Notes: generated by a model not told the origin, from the letters alone. A DNA stretch of 64,000 nucleotides from SAR202 cluster bacterium bin22 (GCA_002238505.1 MPMM01000001.1:973811-1037810), one strand, 5' to 3'; counted from the stretch's first letter, positions 46,326 through 55,304 are shown. Program-made: numbers and translations.

Positions 46326-46357
46326 GGGAGGGTTGATAGCCCTCCCCATTTTCGTTT
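46326..46357 (+). terminator. Rho-independent terminator after smpB
   Basis: gggaggg (46326-46332) pairs with ccctccc (46340-46346), followed by cattttcgttt. Confidence 0.7.
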
Positions 46358-46457
46358 GTCGCTACGGTATAATCCCTGTCCAGTTACCATCCGTCCTCTG
46401 CTTGCTTAAGAGAAGGCGTCGCGGCTTGGCCGCACAATAAATATCAGGAGGAAAGAC

Positions 46458-46964
46458 TTGATAAGGAGCCTCGGAGACAAGACCCCAAGAATCGCGGACA
46501 CGGCATGGGTCAGCGAGTTCGCCTACGTTGTTGGCGACGTTGAAATAGGTGAATACAGCAGCATCTGGCCCGGCGTCACAATCCGGGCCGACGGCGAAGA
46601 GAAAGTCGTCATTGGCAATTATGTTAATGTCCAGGAAGGCGCCGTGATTCACGGTAATGGCCTCGTTATTGAAGACTACGTCACGGTGGGACACGCGGTG
46701 GTCGTCCATGGTATGCGCATCGGCACCGGGTCCCTGCTGGGCAATAATTGCACCTTCCTTCACCGGTCATACATCGGGGAACAATGCCTCATAGCGGCCA
46801 ACTCGGTGGTACTCTCCGGCGCCGATGTGCCTGACCGCTCCTTTGTGACTGGCATTCCGGGCACCGTAAAACGGCAGGTCAGCGAAGACCAGATTGCTAA
46901 TATGAAACATACAGCCGATTCCCTGGTCGAACGGGCGAAGGTCTTCAAGGAAAACGGATTGTAG
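46458..46964 (+). CDS. Gamma-carbonic-anhydrase-like hexapeptide-repeat protein
   Basis: 168 aa. TTG start with AGGAGGA SD. Left-handed beta-helix repeats and an IWPGVTIRAD..IGNYVNVQEGAVIHG pattern. Confidence 0.85.
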   Translation: MIRSLGDKTPRIADTAWVSEFAYVVGDVEIGEYSSIWPGVTIRADGEEKVVIGNYVNVQEGAVIHGNGLVIEDYVTVGHAVVVHGMRIGTGSLLGNNCTFLHRSYIGEQCLIAANSVVLSGADVPDRSFVTGIPGTVKRQVSEDQIANMKHTADSLVERAKVFKENGL

Positions 46965-46970
46965 CGGAAA

Positions 46971-47009
46971 AGGTCGGCGCCAGCGTCCAAGTCATTCCGG
47001 CGCCGACCT
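46971..47009. terminator. 11-bp GC-rich hairpin between convergent genes
   Basis: aggtcggcgcc (46971-46981) pairs with ggcgccgacct (46999-47009). The loop is 17 nt and there is no U-tract. Confidence 0.45.
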
Positions 47010-47042
47010 CGTAGCTGCTGAGCCCTGGGTCTATCTTCGGAA

Positions 47043-47981
47043 TCAGCCTAGTCGATGAGCCACGGGTAGGACTTCACGGGCCAAATGTTCCATGACCCCG
47101 ATACAGGCATCAACTCCTTCCACCCGGAAGTCGTAAGTCAGTTGGTCGATGCCCAGTTCGCGGCAATAGTGGACGTCGTCAATTACTTCCTGGGTGGTTG
47201 CAATTATTACGCCCCCGGTACGCACGGATTTCTCCTCGCCGGCTCCCAGGTCGGTGAAATGCAGGCTGCGCTTCAGCGATACGGATATTGAAGCAGGGTC
47301 GCGGCCAGCCCGTTCCGTCTGCTCTCGCAGGTAAGGAAGATTCTGGGCGACAAAGTCAGGAGTCTGACGAGTTGTATGCCAGCAATCGCCTAGCCTGGCG
47401 GTCCTGCGCAGCGCGGCACGGCTATGGCCTCCTACCCAAATCGGAATGTGGGGTTGCTGAACCGGCTTGGGATAGAACTGGATTCCCTCGATGTCGAAAT
47501 ATTTGCCGTGGAACTCCGGATCGGGCTGAGTCCAAAGAGTTCTGAAGATCTGAAGGTATTCGTCACTCATCGCACCTCGTTCAGCGTAAGGCACCCCCAG
47601 CGTGTCAAACTCCTTCTCCAGCCAACCTACCCCAACACCGCAGATCATTCGCCCGTTAGTCAGCACGTCCAGAGAGGCGAACATCTTGGCCTGAACCAGG
47701 GGGTTACGATAGGGGAGAATTATCACTGTACTGCCAAGCTTGATGCTGCTTGAGCAGGCGGCCATATACCCCAGCATGGTCATTGTTTCAAGAAACGGTT
47801 CGTCCGCAGGGCGCGAAAAGGAACCATCGGCAGTGTAGGGGTATTGATTGGTACCGCCGGTAGGCAACAGTATGTGGTCCCCGGCCAGAACCGACTCGAA
47901 CCCCAATTCTTCAGCCCTTTGGACAAACTTGCGAATACCTTCGGCGTCGGGAAGCCTGGGAATGCTTAGTCCGATATTCAT
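47043..47981 (-). CDS. Luciferase-like (LLM class) flavin/F420-dependent oxidoreductase
   Basis: 312 aa. AEELGFESVLAGDHILLP and a TIM-barrel LLM pattern. Confidence 0.85.
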   Translation of the reverse strand: MNIGLSIPRLPDAEGIRKFVQRAEELGFESVLAGDHILLPTGGTNQYPYTADGSFSRPADEPFLETMTMLGYMAACSSSIKLGSTVIILPYRNPLVQAKMFASLDVLTNGRMICGVGVGWLEKEFDTLGVPYAERGAMSDEYLQIFRTLWTQPDPEFHGKYFDIEGIQFYPKPVQQPHIPIWVGGHSRAALRRTARLGDCWHTTRQTPDFVAQNLPYLREQTERAGRDPASISVSLKRSLHFTDLGAGEEKSVRTGGVIIATTQEVIDDVHYCRELGIDQLTYDFRVEGVDACIGVMEHLAREVLPVAHRLG

Positions 47982-48370
47982 TGCAGCAACGTCTCCTTTG
48001 AATCAACACTTGGAGAAACAACCGTCCCTGCGCCAACCGAAACAGTCGGTGACGGAACGTCAAGCAGAATTGTAGCAGGGAACTTGAGGAAAGCCCGGAA
48101 GGGTAAGCATAATGGTGGGCACTTGAGCTTCGGGCCATCTGGAGCAACTTTGGTTGGGGGCAGGAAAACACCCGGCGCTTCAATCCCTGGCGCTATTGGC
48201 ACTGATCATCTTGGGTGTACGAACTTACCCATCCATACAGGTCTATACGGGTGATTTCCATCCCTATCTGCTGGGCAACCTCTTTTGCCTGTCATAATTC
48301 GGGGCCGCTAATGTTTGTGCTAATATAGGGCCAGATGTATCCGCTCGAGGCGGAATTTGGAGGATTTTGT

Positions 48371-48835
48371 ATGGCAACTATGATTGACGGCGAGTCTTAT
48401 CTTGGACGTGTTATGGTCCGGCCGCTCAGCAAGCAGGGCGACGTCACCATGTACCTTTGGCCCCTGCGCTGCTTGAAGGGCAAGTTCGGCGGACCCACCT
48501 TTGGCGTAGACGTTAAGGGCGTGGAGATAGTTCGCTTTGACCCTCACGGTTCTCGTGGGCACTGGCACAAGGGCGGCTACGACAAGCTGGGCGCGGGCGG
48601 ATCCCATGTTGACTTTCCCGAAGGCATGAGGGAAATGGACGCCCAGTTGGAGTGGGCCCTCGGTCAGTTCCGGGAGCAGACCGGGAACTACCTGGAAGAG
48701 GCCGGATATTCCGAAGCCGCGGCCAACCTGGACCCCGAACTCATCGGCTCTGCTGCTGACGCCATCATGCAACACCTTGAGTCCCAGGGTGATCTGGTCT
48801 CCGATGCCATTGCCAAGGACTTAATCACCGCATAA
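48371..48835 (+). CDS. Hypothetical protein with His-rich RFDxxxxxxHxHxG motif
   Basis: ATG at 48371 has GGAGGA SD (track start is 48335). 154 aa. VEIVRFDPHGSRGHWHKGG resembles the repeated motif of the 59744-60622 protein. Confidence 0.65.
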   Translation: MATMIDGESYLGRVMVRPLSKQGDVTMYLWPLRCLKGKFGGPTFGVDVKGVEIVRFDPHGSRGHWHKGGYDKLGAGGSHVDFPEGMREMDAQLEWALGQFREQTGNYLEEAGYSEAAANLDPELIGSAADAIMQHLESQGDLVSDAIAKDLITA

Positions 48836-48861
48836 GTTTTCAGATAGTTTTGACCAATGGC

Positions 48862-48896
48862 GGGGGCAAGCTAACGTTTGCCCCCTTTGTTATTTT
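48862..48896 (+). terminator. Rho-independent terminator
   Basis: gggggcaa (48862-48869) pairs with ttgccccc (48878-48885), followed by tttgttatttt. Confidence 0.8.
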
Positions 48897-49234
48897 CGCT
48901 CCTCCACGATGCCCCGGTCCGCACTCTTAGCCTGGCTCGCTGGTAGCGGCCATTCCCTACAGCAGTAGAGCTGGTCCTGCTACCCGCTCCTGCCCCCCAA
49001 TGTGACACTGTTCCGGGTTTCACAGCGATCTGAATGGTAGCGATCAATTATTCTATCCTGAGTCACTACAGGACATTAATTCAATCCATCGCGAGGGCCG
49101 TCTTAGTGGTGTCGGAGCAGGATTCTTCAGGATTTCCATCCCGAAACTTGAGCGCCAACGACAATAACAAGAACCTGCCTTTCTCGAGCGGTTCTTCGTA
49201 CAAATCGCAACTGGAAGCGAGTCTTCAAAAGGAG

Positions 49235-49320
49235 TGGTGCCGAAGGTCGGATTCGAACCGACACGGGGTTGCCCCCACCGGTTTTTGAGACCGGCGCGTC
49301 TACCATTCCGCCACTTCGGC
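49235..49320 (-). tRNA. tRNA-Leu (anticodon CAA), type II with long variable arm, CCA encoded
   Basis: Minus-strand fold: acceptor GCCGAAG/CTTCGGC, anticodon stem CCGGT/ACCGG with loop CTCAAAA, variable arm TGGGGGCAACCCCGTG, T-arm TCGG-TTCGAAT-CCGA, then ACCA. Confidence 0.9.
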
Positions 49321-49408
49321 ATGAGGCTTAATTCTGGCCCTTACGGGTTGGTGGGAAAATATTATACCACCGGTTTGAAACCATTAACCAAGGGGAAAGG
49401 ACCAGGGC

Positions 49409-49544
49409 CCCAGGGTCTTTCGACTATTGTGGTAGAGTCTCTTCCACCGTTCGCCCTGAGCCCGTCGAAGGGCCACCCGGAATGGTTCTCCAAGCTCACT
49501 ACGAACGGCCCCGAGGAGTTGCCACCGACAATCGAAAGACCCTG
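49409..49544 (+). repeat. Structured palindromic repeat, copy 2
   Basis: Same orientation and ~91% identical to copy 1. Lies in the gap between tRNA-Leu and rpmH. The track ORFs 49234-49545 and 49384-49659 are read-through artefacts of it. Confidence 0.8.
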
Positions 49545-49716
49545 ACCAGTCCCCCGCCCCTTTGCTTGCCCGTATCCGCCACCTTTGATTCAAATGAATA
49601 CACGCGTGGACGCATTCAGCCCAGCAGCAAAGCTCATTTAACCAAGCCGAAGGTGGCAACTGACAGGCTCACGAGAGTTTCGAAATAGGGTCGCCCCGCT
49701 TTCCCGATGGTTTGCC

Positions 49717-49746
49717 TTGACGCAAATACACCAGCAATCCTATAAT
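49717..49746 (+). promoter_or_regulatory. Candidate sigma-70-type promoter of the rpmH-rnpA operon
   Basis: TTGACG-18 nt-TATAAT, 26 nt upstream of the rpmH ATG. Confidence 0.6.
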
Positions 49747-49771
49747 CTATGGCCTGGAGTGTGTCCCTACT

Positions 49772-49909
49772 ATGCCTAAAAGAACTTACCAACCGAAAAA
49801 GCGACGCCGCGCCAGAGTGCACGGCTTCAGAGCCCGTTCCCGAACTTCCGACGGGCGCGCAGTCCTCCGTCGCAGAAGATTCAAGGGTCGCCATCGCCTG
49901 ACGGTTTAG
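49772..49909 (+). CDS. rpmH: 50S ribosomal protein L34
   Basis: Below the track cut-off. Hand translation: [45 protein letters not shown]. Confidence 0.9.
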   Translation: MPKRTYQPKKRRRARVHGFRARSRTSDGRAVLRRRRFKGRHRLTV

Positions 49910-49923
49910 GCGGCGGCCGGCCA

Positions 49924-50274
49924 ATGCAGCGCCGCTTCAGTCTGACTGAAGGTAAACGCTTCGCCCAGATTCACCAGGAGGGCATCAGCGCGGTCAACAG
50001 GTTGTTGGTCGTAAGGGCCCTCCCTAACGGACAAGAGCACAGCCGGTTTGGGTTTGTAGTCAGCAAGCGAATTGGCAATGCAGTTACCAGGAACCAGATA
50101 AAACGTAGATTGCGTGAAGCAATCCGAGAGAACGAAGTAAAGGGAGGATGGGACGCCGTTTTCATAGCTCGGCGCGGCGCCGCAGACGCAGGATTCCAAC
50201 AGTTAAAGCAAGCCACAAATCAACTGTTGCGGCGCATCAGGTTAGTTCAGACCGACCCTTCCTCAACATTGTAG
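49924..50274 (+). CDS. rnpA: Ribonuclease P protein component
   Basis: 116 aa. [25 protein letters not shown] (RNR motif). Immediately downstream of rpmH. Confidence 0.9.
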   Translation: MQRRFSLTEGKRFAQIHQEGISAVNRLLVVRALPNGQEHSRFGFVVSKRIGNAVTRNQIKRRLREAIRENEVKGGWDAVFIARRGAADAGFQQLKQATNQLLRRIRLVQTDPSSTL

Positions 50275-50281
50275 TCAGCCG

Positions 50282-50491
50282 ATGAGAACTCTTGCCCTGG
50301 GACTGATACGCCTCTATCAAGCTGCCGTTTCTCCCTACCTTCCCTCGGTTTGTCGATTTACTCCGACCTGCTCCAGCTACGCCGCTCAGGCGATTGTTCA
50401 GCATGGAGTTTTTCGGGGCAGTTTTCTGGGTATCAAGCGCATCATCAATTGTCGGCCAGGGGGAGGTAAAGGGTACGATCCCGTACCATAA
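50282..50491 (+). CDS. yidD: Membrane protein insertion efficiency factor YidD
   Basis: 69 aa. [27 protein letters not shown] and GGKGYDPVP motifs. Confidence 0.9.
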   Translation: MRTLALGLIRLYQAAVSPYLPSVCRFTPTCSSYAAQAIVQHGVFRGSFLGIKRIINCRPGGGKGYDPVP

Positions 50492-50494
50492 ATA

Positions 50495-51937
50495 ATGTCC
50501 TTTCTTTCAGTTTTCCCGTTTCTCCCGTCAGCCTTGTTTTCCCGTTTTTCATACAGCACAACCACCGGTCAATCCAGCAACAATCGAAGGGCCCGTTTCT
50601 GCACTTTAGCGGCGGGTTTCCTGGTCTTGGTTCTTGGGGTTGGTGGTATCGCCTGCACGCCTGGCCTTGGCGGAGACAATGTTGGTTGGGCTCCTGTCTC
50701 AGTTGCCTTCTCCGATGAACCCGGTGATCCAACCAGGGTTTTCGTTGCTTCTCAGATGGATGGCGACCTGAATGAACTGGAAACCGAGACCGGACTGGAT
50801 TTAGGTGATGACGAAAGAAAAGTGAAAATTCGGGCGATGGAGGACTTTGGATCTGGTTCTCCCCGCGTACTTTGGACGTATCCACCACTGGGAAGTGGAA
50901 CCGGGCTGGAAGGAGTGTTTGGCCCGCCCGCGGTGAGCAAGGAACTGGGCCTGGTTTATGTAGGCGCAGTTGATGGAAACCTTTACGCCCTTTCCCTGGA
51001 AACGGGCGATGACGGACCCGGCTGGAAGCGGGCAGTTCGCGACGACCCTTCAATGGATCCCCTGCCTATAGTTGGGGCCCCGGTCCTTGCCGAGATTGTC
51101 AGCAGTGAAAGCGGACCTTCCACCGTCCTGGTTGCTGTTTCCGAGGACGGCAACCTCTACGCCTTCGATGCTGCTTCCGGAACCGAACTTTCCTGGTCCC
51201 CCTTCCGCACGGAAGGAAAGCTGTGGTCAACTCCCTCAGTACAGAATGGTATTGCTTATTTTGGCTCCCACGACCACTCCATTTATGCGGTTGACCTGAG
51301 GGATGGCAACGAACTATGGAGGTTCGAAACAGGCGGAGCCGTAGTTGGTAATCCCCTGCTCTTCCGGGGCAAAGTGTTCATTGGTTCCTTTGACAAGAAG
51401 CTTTACGCACTGGACGCTGACGACGGTGAGCTGGAATGGTCCTTTGAGAGTGGTAACTGGTTCTGGGCGGGCCCTGCCACTGACGGCGAGACCATCTACG
51501 CGCCGGCTATGGACGGGTTTGTCTATGCCCTGGAGCCGGGCAATCCTGGTTCCGGTGAAAACAAGCAAGCCCTCTGGCGTCACAACATGGAAAGTCCCAT
51601 TGTTTCGTCCGCCGCCCTCGTCCCCCTGGGACTGATAGTAGCCTCGGTGGATGGGAAAATGCGGTTGTTGAGCACCAATCCCTCGAATTTGGCGGACGGC
51701 GAAGTCATAAGCAACCTCCCTAACCTGGAGGAAGGCGAATTAAAGGCGCCGCTCATTGCTGGGGCCCCCGCAAATCCTTCTCTGGGTACCGATGCCCCGG
51801 CGATTTCGGTAATCCAGCGTTACTCGGTGTTTGCCGGCGGCGACAATGGAATCGTTCGCCGGGTGGCGGTTACTGAAGGCCAGGATAAGGAGTCCATCTG
51901 GTGCTTTGACAGCACCATTCACAGGCAATGCAATTAA
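50495..51937 (+). CDS. PQQ-like beta-propeller repeat protein (probable secreted/lipoprotein)
   Basis: 480 aa. Hydrophobic N-terminal region ending GGIAC. Repeated G.LYA.D...G...W blades (GNLYALSLETG, GNLYAFDAASG, HSIYAVDLRDG, KKLYALDADDG, GFVYALEPG). Confidence 0.8.
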   Translation: MSFLSVFPFLPSALFSRFSYSTTTGQSSNNRRARFCTLAAGFLVLVLGVGGIACTPGLGGDNVGWAPVSVAFSDEPGDPTRVFVASQMDGDLNELETETGLDLGDDERKVKIRAMEDFGSGSPRVLWTYPPLGSGTGLEGVFGPPAVSKELGLVYVGAVDGNLYALSLETGDDGPGWKRAVRDDPSMDPLPIVGAPVLAEIVSSESGPSTVLVAVSEDGNLYAFDAASGTELSWSPFRTEGKLWSTPSVQNGIAYFGSHDHSIYAVDLRDGNELWRFETGGAVVGNPLLFRGKVFIGSFDKKLYALDADDGELEWSFESGNWFWAGPATDGETIYAPAMDGFVYALEPGNPGSGENKQALWRHNMESPIVSSAALVPLGLIVASVDGKMRLLSTNPSNLADGEVISNLPNLEEGELKAPLIAGAPANPSLGTDAPAISVIQRYSVFAGGDNGIVRRVAVTEGQDKESIWCFDSTIHRQCN

Positions 51938-51993
51938 ATGGGCATTAGGCTCGAAATCGGTCATCCACCGGTCCTGGACGTCTAGGAGTCCTT

Positions 51994-52917
51994 TTGGAAT
52001 TCTTTTTTCTCCTTTGGAACGAAATAATCATCCGCCCCATGCTCAACACCCTTATGGTGTTGTACGTGCTCTGTTTCAACAACATGGGGCTGGCCATCAT
52101 AGCTTTTACCGTCCTGGTAAGGCTGATTACCCTGCCCCTGACCCTCAAACAAATTCGCCAGATGCGGCGGATGAGCGAACTGCAACCCCGCATGAAGGAG
52201 ATTCAGGAACGTTATAGCGGGGACCGGGCCAGGGTTTCGCAGGAAACCATGAAGCTGTACCGGGAGTCTGGCGTCAGCCCCATAGGTTGTCTGGGGCCCC
52301 TGGTAGTACAGTTGCCCATTCTCATCGGCCTGTTCCGGGTCTTGATTCAAACCCTGTTCACCAAGCCCGAAGACCTGGTTGGGTTGTCGCAGAAACTCTA
52401 CCCCTGGATAACCTTCGTCCCCATACATTCCGCCGCTCCTTTGAGCGACACTTTCCTTTGGCTTAAGCTGGGAGAACCGGATCCTTCTCCCGTAGTGCTG
52501 CCCATATTGGTGGCCGCGTCCACCTGGGTGCAGCAAAAGATGACCATGACCCCCTCCCCGGATCCTCGCCAGCAATCCAGTCAAACCATGATGCTCTGGA
52601 TGATTCCCATTTTCCTGGGCTTCTTTTCGCTCCAATGGCCCAGCGGCCTTCCGCTTTACTGGATTGTTTCTAATATAATTGGCGTAGGTATCCAGTACTT
52701 TATTACCGGTTGGGGGCCGCTGTTCCCACTGATTCCCAGGTCGGCCTCGGCGCCTAGCCGGCCGGCCCAGTCCGCCGACTCTGAATCGGCGACCGAGGAG
52801 ATTGACGACGATGGACTCCGTAGAACGAACCGCCAGAACCGTAGAAGAGGCCGAAGAACTGGCCCTGAAGGAGCTAGGCGTAGACCGCAACGAGGTAGAG
52901 GTAGAAATACTAAGTAG
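51994..52917 (+). CDS. yidC: Membrane protein insertase YidC (short, Gram-positive-like form) with basic C-terminal tail
   Basis: 307 aa. TLPLTLKQIRQMRRMSELQPRMKEIQERY, LPILIGLF and GLPLYWIVSNIIG motifs, then an Arg-rich tail. Confidence 0.9.
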   Translation: MEFFFLLWNEIIIRPMLNTLMVLYVLCFNNMGLAIIAFTVLVRLITLPLTLKQIRQMRRMSELQPRMKEIQERYSGDRARVSQETMKLYRESGVSPIGCLGPLVVQLPILIGLFRVLIQTLFTKPEDLVGLSQKLYPWITFVPIHSAAPLSDTFLWLKLGEPDPSPVVLPILVAASTWVQQKMTMTPSPDPRQQSSQTMMLWMIPIFLGFFSLQWPSGLPLYWIVSNIIGVGIQYFITGWGPLFPLIPRSASAPSRPAQSADSESATEEIDDDGLRRTNRQNRRRGRRTGPEGARRRPQRGRGRNTK

Positions 52918-53563
52918 GGGCAAGGCCGGATTCCTGGGCATCGGCGCAGAAGTAGCCCGGGTGCGGGTGACCATGCTCGGCGCAGTAAGCGCCAATCCAG
53001 CCCCTTCGGCCCCTGCCAGCGAAGCGCCGGCCGAGGAATCCGAAGAGGCCGAAAGCGTGATTGACTCACCCGTAGTCCCGGCAGCTGCGGGCTCAGGGGA
53101 AGGCACTGTTGCAGGGCTGGCGATTGTCGCACTGAACAACATACTCTCAACTTCCGGTGTGAACGTTTCCTGCACTGTACGCACGGCAGACGACCCCGAA
53201 GTAGGGGGACCAGTAATCGACATCAGCGGCGAAGACTCGGGTCTCTTGATCGGGCGCCGGGGCCAGACCCTGCAGTCGCTTCAGTTCATAGTGAACCTGA
53301 TCGTTCGCCGGGAATTCGGCGAGAGTGTTCGCGTAGTGCTGGACGTAGAGAGTTACCGACAGCGCCGGGAAGCATCCTTGCGGGATATGGCAACCAAAGT
53401 TGCCGAGCGAGTCTTGCAGACCGGGCGAAGCATTACCCTGGAACCCATGTCGGCGGCTGACAGGAGAATCGTCCACATTTCTCTGGCCGACCGCGAAGAC
53501 GTCAGTACCGAGAGTGTGGGGCTTGGTGAAGAACGAAAGGTCACAATTATCCCCAAACGGTAA
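52811..53563 (+). CDS. jag: Jag/KhpB RNA-binding protein (Jag_N, KH, R3H)
   Basis: ATG at 52811 (TTG at 52802 is also possible). MDSVERTARTVEEAEELALKELGVDRNEVEVEILSRGKAGFLGIG is a Jag_N domain, and the C-terminal LEPMSAADRRIVHISL is an R3H domain. Confidence 0.85.
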   Translation: MDSVERTARTVEEAEELALKELGVDRNEVEVEILSRGKAGFLGIGAEVARVRVTMLGAVSANPAPSAPASEAPAEESEEAESVIDSPVVPAAAGSGEGTVAGLAIVALNNILSTSGVNVSCTVRTADDPEVGGPVIDISGEDSGLLIGRRGQTLQSLQFIVNLIVRREFGESVRVVLDVESYRQRREASLRDMATKVAERVLQTGRSITLEPMSAADRRIVHISLADREDVSTESVGLGEERKVTIIPKR

Positions 53564-53770
53564 GCAGTACCGGTACAATGTTTGGTTTTGGTCCGTTCAG
53601 CCAAAGATCTCAAGAGGGGTGGTTTCTGCTTGATGGAAGCCGTGCGCAGGGTGGCAGGGAAGCCTGAAATTGTACCTTGCACCCTCACCGGCCAGGACTA
53701 GAGTTCCGCAATTGTTCCAATAACTCCGGTTTCGTTGACCGAGACTATGCAGGGAACGTAAAATAGGCCC

Positions 53771-55213
53771 GTGGATATCGAGGGAGCGCACCTCAAGCCC
53801 ATGTTCCCCTTCGACCACCCTCGAGAAGAGTGTGGGGTGGTTGGCGCATATATTCCAAACGCCGAAGCCAGCAGAGTTGCTTTCTTCGGCCTTTTTGCTC
53901 TTCAGCACCGTGGACAGGAAAGCGCCGGAATCGCAGCCGCGGACGGCCAGACTCTCAACGTTCACACCGACATGGGTCTCGTCACCCAGATTTTTCGGGA
54001 ACGAGACTTCCTCCCCCTCTCCGGCGAATTCGCCATCGGCCACACCCGCTACTCGACCACTGGTACCAGCCAGCTTTGCAACGCTCAACCCCTGGTCGTC
54101 CAAGGCTTGGCGGGAAAGCTGGCCCTGGCCCACAACGGGAACATCATTAACGCCTCGCAGCTGAAGAAACAGCTCAAAGAGCAATGGGACTGCGCATTTA
54201 ATACCACTACTGATTCGGAAGTCATCGCTTACCTGATGGTGAATGCACCCGGCAATAGCTGGGAAGAAAGGGTCTTTCACTGCATGCGTACCCTGGACGG
54301 CGCCTTCTCCCTCGTAGCAATGACTGAAGATACAGTCATCGCCGCCCGAGACCCGCTGGGCATTCGCCCCCTGTGTCTGGGGCGCCTGAGCGGCGGCTGG
54401 ATTGTTGCGTCGGAGACCTGCGCGCTGGATCACCTGGGAGCCGAGTTTGTACGTGACGTCCAGCCTGGCGAGGTCGTCATCTTTGACCGGCAGGGTATGA
54501 GGTCAGCAGTACGCCAGGAACCGGAACGCAGCAGGGCTATGTGCATTTTCGAGCACATCTATTTCGCCAGGCCGGATAGCGTTCTGGACGGCACCTTGGT
54601 TTACACCGCCAGGCAGAGAATGGGCGCCCAGTTGGCCAAGGAACACCCAGTGGAGGCCGACCTGGTCATAGGTATTCCCGACTCTTCTACGGCCGCGGCA
54701 GTGGGCTATGCCAGGGAATCAGGAATACCATACAGCGATGGCCTGATCAAGAACCGGTATGTTGGCCGGACGTTCATCGAACCGGAACAAAGGCTGCGGG
54801 ATCTGGGCGTACGTCAGAAGTTCAACCCGCTGCCCGATGTAATTCGCGGGCAACGCCTGGTGGTGGTGGATGACAGCATTGTACGCGGAACCACCACACC
54901 CCACGTTATCAAGGTGCTCAAGAGGGCCGGCGCCAGGGAAATTCACATTCGCGTGTGCGCCCCGCCCATCAAGTTTCCCTGCTACATGGGTGTCGACATG
55001 GCCGACCAGGATGAACTGATCGCGGCCAACAAGACCGTAGAAGAAATCCGTGAACTGGCAGGCGCAGACTCCCTGGGATTCCTCAGCATTGAGGGCCTTC
55101 TAAAGGTATCAAACGGCGAGCATGATGGTTTCTGCGATGCCTGCTTCACTGGAAATTACCCGGTACCGGTGCAATTGCAATTGGGCAAGCTGGTGCTTGA
55201 ATCCGATAACTGA
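53771..55213 (+). CDS. purF: Amidophosphoribosyltransferase
   Basis: 480 aa. Propeptide then CGVVG Ntn-Cys, LQHRGQESAGI, the PRTase loop VVVDDSIVRGTT, and C-terminal Cys ligands (CYMGVD, FCDACFTGNYP) of the Fe-S type. An alternative ATG is at 53801. Confidence 0.95.
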   Translation: MDIEGAHLKPMFPFDHPREECGVVGAYIPNAEASRVAFFGLFALQHRGQESAGIAAADGQTLNVHTDMGLVTQIFRERDFLPLSGEFAIGHTRYSTTGTSQLCNAQPLVVQGLAGKLALAHNGNIINASQLKKQLKEQWDCAFNTTTDSEVIAYLMVNAPGNSWEERVFHCMRTLDGAFSLVAMTEDTVIAARDPLGIRPLCLGRLSGGWIVASETCALDHLGAEFVRDVQPGEVVIFDRQGMRSAVRQEPERSRAMCIFEHIYFARPDSVLDGTLVYTARQRMGAQLAKEHPVEADLVIGIPDSSTAAAVGYARESGIPYSDGLIKNRYVGRTFIEPEQRLRDLGVRQKFNPLPDVIRGQRLVVVDDSIVRGTTTPHVIKVLKRAGAREIHIRVCAPPIKFPCYMGVDMADQDELIAANKTVEEIRELAGADSLGFLSIEGLLKVSNGEHDGFCDACFTGNYPVPVQLQLGKLVLESDN

Positions 55214-55304
55214 CTTCTATCCAGCCGTCTTCACACCGCCATGACACCTCTGCCAACACCAACACTCTTATCACCAACACCCCGCAATCTCGGAGAAACG
55301 ACCA

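Noticed and set aside
49140-49234. tmRNA-like tag reading frame (gcc aac gac aat aac aag = ANDNNKNLPF...) near smpB and next to a tRNA
   Set aside because: The frame has no stop before it runs into the tRNA-Leu complement. No tRNA-like 5' GGGG acceptor or 3' T-arm/CCA exists on the plus strand, and there is no ...LAA-stop ending. I conclude ssrA is not in this window.
49321-49771. Possible replication origin next to rpmH-rnpA (a common dnaA/oriC neighbourhood)
   Set aside because: No dnaA gene is present. I could find no cluster of TTATCCACA-type DnaA boxes or an AT-rich unwinding element. The gap is largely explained by the repeat copy and the rpmH promoter.
51982-53223. 413-aa minus-strand ORF, the longest unexplained ORF in the track
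   Set aside because: It lies entirely antisense to yidC and jag, which have clear family motifs. Its product is Ser/Ala/Pro/Gly/Arg low-complexity sequence with no SD. This is a typical shadow ORF of GC-rich DNA.
53597-54433. 278-aa minus-strand ORF
   Set aside because: Antisense to the 5' half of purF, which has an unambiguous CGVVG Ntn-amidotransferase start. Its composition is Gly/Ala/Arg-rich with no recognisable motifs.
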